From Clostridia bacterium (GTDB taxonomy: Bacteria > Bacillota > Clostridia > UMGS1883): 64,000 bases of DNA. Positions 61,008-64,000 of this stretch are shown piece by piece. Every line of letters begins with the position of its first letter. Positions within the stretch are counted from its first letter, which is position 1. The stretch covers positions 606 to 64,605 of the forward strand of contig JAZQAO010000030.1 of NCBI GenBank assembly GCA_045545295.1. The letters run 5' to 3'. A program made the position numbers and the translations under genes. Under the pieces are notes generated by a model that did not search any database, was not told where the DNA came from, and worked only from the letters and a program-made list of their open reading frames with translations.

Positions 61008-61967
61008 TTATACAAACAAAGGACTTACTGAAACATCCTCATAAATACGCTCGATTGCCTCTGCAAACATAGGAGCTACGCTGAGAATCTTTGTCTTAGC
61101 CATAATCTTGTCTTCAGGAAGAGCAATTGTGTTAAGACAAACAAGTTCCTTGATGGGGCTTGCTTCGAGTCTTTCGATAGCAGGACCGCTGAGTACAGGA
61201 TGAGTACAGCAAGCGTAGACTTCCTTTGCTCCGCCCTTTTCAACAAGAGCGTGAGCTGCCTGACAGATAGTACCTGCTGTATCAATCATATCGTCAACAA
61301 GGATAACCTTCTTACCCTGTACGTCACCTATAATGTTCATAACCTCACTTACGTTAGGTCTGGGACGGCGCTTGTCAATGATTGCGATCGGCACATTGAG
61401 CTTCTGAGCAAAGCTTCTTGCACGTGTAACGCTACCAAAGTCGGGAGATACAACAACGATATCTTCAAGCTCATCTTTGAATTTTTCCATAAAATACGGA
61501 GCAAGGATGGGTCCGCCGAGAAGATGGTCAACCGGAATATCAAAAAATCCCTGAATCTGTGCTGCGTGAAGATCCATAGTAAGGACTCTGTCAGCACCTG
61601 CTTCTGTAAGAAGATTTGCAACAAGCTTTGCACTGATCGGATCTCTTGCCTTTGCTTTTCTGTCCTGACGTGCATATCCGAAATAAGGAATAACTGCAGT
61701 AATTCTGCCTGCGGATGCTCTCTTGAATGCATCAATCATAATGAGCATTTCCATAAGATTGTCATTTACGGGAGAGCTTGTTGACTGTACAACGAAAACA
61801 TCACTTCCGCGGACTGTTTCGCCTATGTTAACAAAAATTTCTCCGTCAGAGAAAAGACCAACATTAGCTTCACCCAGTTCAAGGTTGAGCTGCTTTGCAA
61901 TTTCCTCTGCAAGCTTTGGATTTGAATTTGCTGTGAATAACTTGATGTTCTTACCGTGGGATATCAT
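61008..61967 (-). CDS. prs: Ribose-phosphate pyrophosphokinase
   Basis: Start moved to ATG 61967 (GGAGGAATTGAA RBS): [25 protein letters not shown]... PRPP loop [14 protein letters not shown], plus [10 protein letters not shown]. Confidence 0.95.
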   Translation of the reverse strand: MISHGKNIKLFTANSNPKLAEEIAKQLNLELGEANVGLFSDGEIFVNIGETVRGSDVFVVQSTSSPVNDNLMEMLIMIDAFKRASAGRITAVIPYFGYARQDRKAKARDPISAKLVANLLTEAGADRVLTMDLHAAQIQGFFDIPVDHLLGGPILAPYFMEKFKDELEDIVVVSPDFGSVTRARSFAQKLNVPIAIIDKRRPRPNVSEVMNIIGDVQGKKVILVDDMIDTAGTICQAAHALVEKGGAKEVYACCTHPVLSGPAIERLEASPIKELVCLNTIALPEDKIMAKTKILSVAPMFAEAIERIYEDVSVSPLFV

Positions 61968-62105
61968 TTCAATTCCTCCGTGATTTAATATAATTTTATC
62001 ATAAATCCCCGTCTTTATACAAATAAAGAAGTTGGGGCATATTATGTATAGACCAAATGAGATACTCGGACCCAACCAAGCCGAATCCGAGTATCCTGCT
62101 GTATA

Positions 62106-62387
62106 TTATTCTTCTGTCAGTTCCGGATCTGCAGAAAGGAATTCTTCATATTTTGCAAGAATTGCATTCTGAAGCTCTTCGCGCATTTCTGATGTTATGG
62201 GATGCACGATGTCGCGGTATGTACCGTCAGCAGACTTTCTGCTGGGCATAGCTGCAAAGAGTTTTTCCTTTCCTTCAATCACTTTAATGTCATGCACTAC
62301 AAAAACATTGTCAAAGGTAACTGAGACTACTGCCTTCATCTTTCCTTCCTGAGAAACTTTTCTCACTTTAATGTCTGTAATCTGCAT
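62106..62387 (-). CDS. spoVG: SpoVG
   Basis: Start moved to ATG 62387 (GGAGGGAAAAAGT RBS): [51 protein letters not shown]. Confidence 0.95.
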   Translation of the reverse strand: MQITDIKVRKVSQEGKMKAVVSVTFDNVFVVHDIKVIEGKEKLFAAMPSRKSADGTYRDIVHPITSEMREELQNAILAKYEEFLSADPELTEE

Positions 62388-62536
62388 ACTTTTTCCCTCC
62401 AAAATGAATATTTTTTTAACTTTTTTTCATTTTTCTATTGATTTTTCTCTACATTATGTATAATATCAAATAATGAACTGTATTTCAACAAAAAAATAAA
62501 AAAATTTATTAAATTTCCCAGATTTTATAAAGGCGA

Positions 62537-63919
62537 GTGATTTTTTTGAGCAATATTACCATTAAAAGCGGTATGAAAATACATCTTATCGGCATTGGTG
62601 GTATCAGTATGTCAGGGATTGCACAGATGCTGGTTAATGACGGATGTATAATTTCCGGTTCTGACCGTTCACCTTCTCCGCTTACTGAAAAACTTGCAGA
62701 GCTAGGTGTCACAATATATATTGGTCACAGTGCAGACAACATCAAAGACAGTGAACTTGTGGTTTACAGTGCCGCAATCGGAGAAGACAATCCGGAAAGA
62801 TTACGTGCGAGAGAGCTTGGTATAAAAGAAATAGACAGAGCAGAAATGCTGGGCATTATAATGAAAGAATACGATTGCCCCATTGCCATAAGCGGTACCC
62901 ACGGAAAAACTACTACAACAGGTATGCTTTCTCATATATTTGTCGAATGTGGCAAAAATCCTACAATTACCGTAGGTGGCGAGCTTGATATTATTCACGG
63001 TAATGTTCATATCGGTGACAAAAACTATTTCATTGCTGAGGCTTGCGAATATCATCAGAGTTTTCTTCGTTTCTTCCCTAAAGTTTCTGTAATTACCAAT
63101 ATCGAGGCAGACCATCTTGACTATTTCAAGGATCTTGACCACATTATAGAAACCTTCAGAGGGCTTGCACTTCTCACGCCTGAGGATGGTGCCATTATTA
63201 TAAACGGAGAGGATGCAAATATCAGAAAAGCTATTGAAGGTATCAACCGCAAGGTTGTGACGTTCGGCATTCACGGTGATTTTGACTATACAATTGATAA
63301 TCTCAATCATAACGGATACAACCATTATACCTTTACAGTTTGCAAAAAAGGTAACCCGGTTGGTGAAATCAGGCTGTCCGTTCCGGGAATTCACAATGTG
63401 TACGATGCACTTGCAGCATTTGCAGCAGCGGAACACCTTGGTGTTCCGGCAGAGGATATATGCGACTCCCTCCACCACTTCGGCGGAACTCATCGCCGTT
63501 TTGAAACCCGCGGAATTATGGGTGGAATCGTAGTTGTCGACGATTACTCTCATCACCCGACGGAAATAAAGGCAACACTTGCAACTGCCAAAGATATGAA
63601 ATACAACAACGTATGGTGCGTATTTCAGCCCCACACCTACACAAGAACAAAAACTCTTTTCGACGATTTTGTGAAGGTGCTTACTGAAAGCGGTGTTAAC
63701 ATTGTCATAACAGACATTTATGCCGCAAGAGAAATAGATACCGGCATTGTGTCTGCACAGCAGCTTGCAAATTCTATTCCCAATGCGGTATATAAAAAGA
63801 CATTTAACGATGCAGCTGATTTTATAAAAGCACAGGCAAAAAAAGGTGATCTTGTTATAACAATGGGCGCCGGTGACGTGTATAAAATCGGAGATATTTT
63901 ACTTTCGTACAATGAATAA
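62537..63919 (+). CDS. murC: UDP-N-acetylmuramate--L-alanine ligase MurC
   Basis: KIHLIGIGGISMSGIAQML, ISGTHGKTTTTGML and DDYSHHPTEI. The start is uncertain (GTG 62537, TTG 62546 or ATG 62573). Confidence 0.9.
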   Translation: MIFLSNITIKSGMKIHLIGIGGISMSGIAQMLVNDGCIISGSDRSPSPLTEKLAELGVTIYIGHSADNIKDSELVVYSAAIGEDNPERLRARELGIKEIDRAEMLGIIMKEYDCPIAISGTHGKTTTTGMLSHIFVECGKNPTITVGGELDIIHGNVHIGDKNYFIAEACEYHQSFLRFFPKVSVITNIEADHLDYFKDLDHIIETFRGLALLTPEDGAIIINGEDANIRKAIEGINRKVVTFGIHGDFDYTIDNLNHNGYNHYTFTVCKKGNPVGEIRLSVPGIHNVYDALAAFAAAEHLGVPAEDICDSLHHFGGTHRRFETRGIMGGIVVVDDYSHHPTEIKATLATAKDMKYNNVWCVFQPHTYTRTKTLFDDFVKVLTESGVNIVITDIYAAREIDTGIVSAQQLANSIPNAVYKKTFNDAADFIKAQAKKGDLVITMGAGDVYKIGDILLSYNE

Positions 63920-64000
63920 AAAAGAAGCGTGCCGCTTCACCCATGTCGCACCCTCGCAGGAGTGCAAACAAAGTTTCCTGCGTCATAATTTGACACAAAT
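63918..64000 (-). repeat. Terminator-adjacent repeat, copy 7 (core type B), truncated by the window end
   Basis: AAAAAAGAAGCGTGCCGCTTCACCCATGTCGCACCCTCGCAGGAGTGCAAACAAAGTTTCCTGCGTCATAATTTGACACAAAT. Its A-run overlaps the murC TAA stop codon. Confidence 0.9.

Noticed and set aside
1-64000. A search by eye for tRNA, rRNA, CRISPR, toxin-antitoxin or defence-system genes
   Set aside because: None was recognised. The intergenic regions are short and are explained by promoters, terminators, the FMN riboswitch and the repeat family. A proper tRNAscan, Infernal or DefenseFinder run could still find something I missed.

Overview
Chromosomal window from a Clostridia-type Firmicute, judged from spoIIID, spoVG, SLH-anchored exoproteins and AGGAGG-type ribosome-binding sites. 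It looks moderately AT-rich by eye. All protein family calls come from motif recognition in the supplied translations, not from database searches.

Layout:
(1) 1-1457: a partial large serine recombinase, open at the window edge and therefore missing from the ORF track. It is followed by a head-to-tail triplet of a ~93-nt repeat (1796-2072).
(2) 2.1-42.5 kb: a large pectin/rhamnogalacturonan-type polysaccharide utilisation region. Fourteen same-strand genes (2148-29398, minus) mix seven giant signal-peptide proteins with cytoplasmic enzymes. The giants carry SLH, FN3-like, shared Ig-like N-modules, an esterase and a PL22-like propeller. The cytoplasmic enzymes are GH78-like, GH105, Gfo/Idh/MocA, RpiB-like, SGNH and two xylose-isomerase-fold proteins. 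After these come a CE4 deacetylase, an araC-GH95like-araC operon, an esterase, a Cys-rich ORF, GH88, PL22 and another SLH giant. I recognise no transporter anywhere in this region.
(3) 42.5-45.6 kb: a zinc-limitation island. It holds an orphan ZnuA-like binding protein, a Fur-family box, a COG0523 GTPase with a 4 x 39-bp His/Cys repeat, and a second G3E-like fusion.
(4) 45.7-64 kb: housekeeping and sporulation genes. These are a LysM/YkuD pair, a radical SAM protein, lexA with an SOS box, typA, spoIIID, FMN riboswitch-ribU, two PrsA-like PPIases, mfd, pth, prs, spoVG and murC.

The most unusual signal is a dispersed ~93-nt repeat family with 7 copies in the window. Each copy begins directly after a T-tract, usually the U-tract of an upstream gene's terminator. 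Each ends in its own invariant GAAGCG-GCA-CGCTTC-T6 terminator, and the core between the conserved ends is variable. I cannot assign it to any described element or RNA family from memory. No tRNA, rRNA or CRISPR array was seen.
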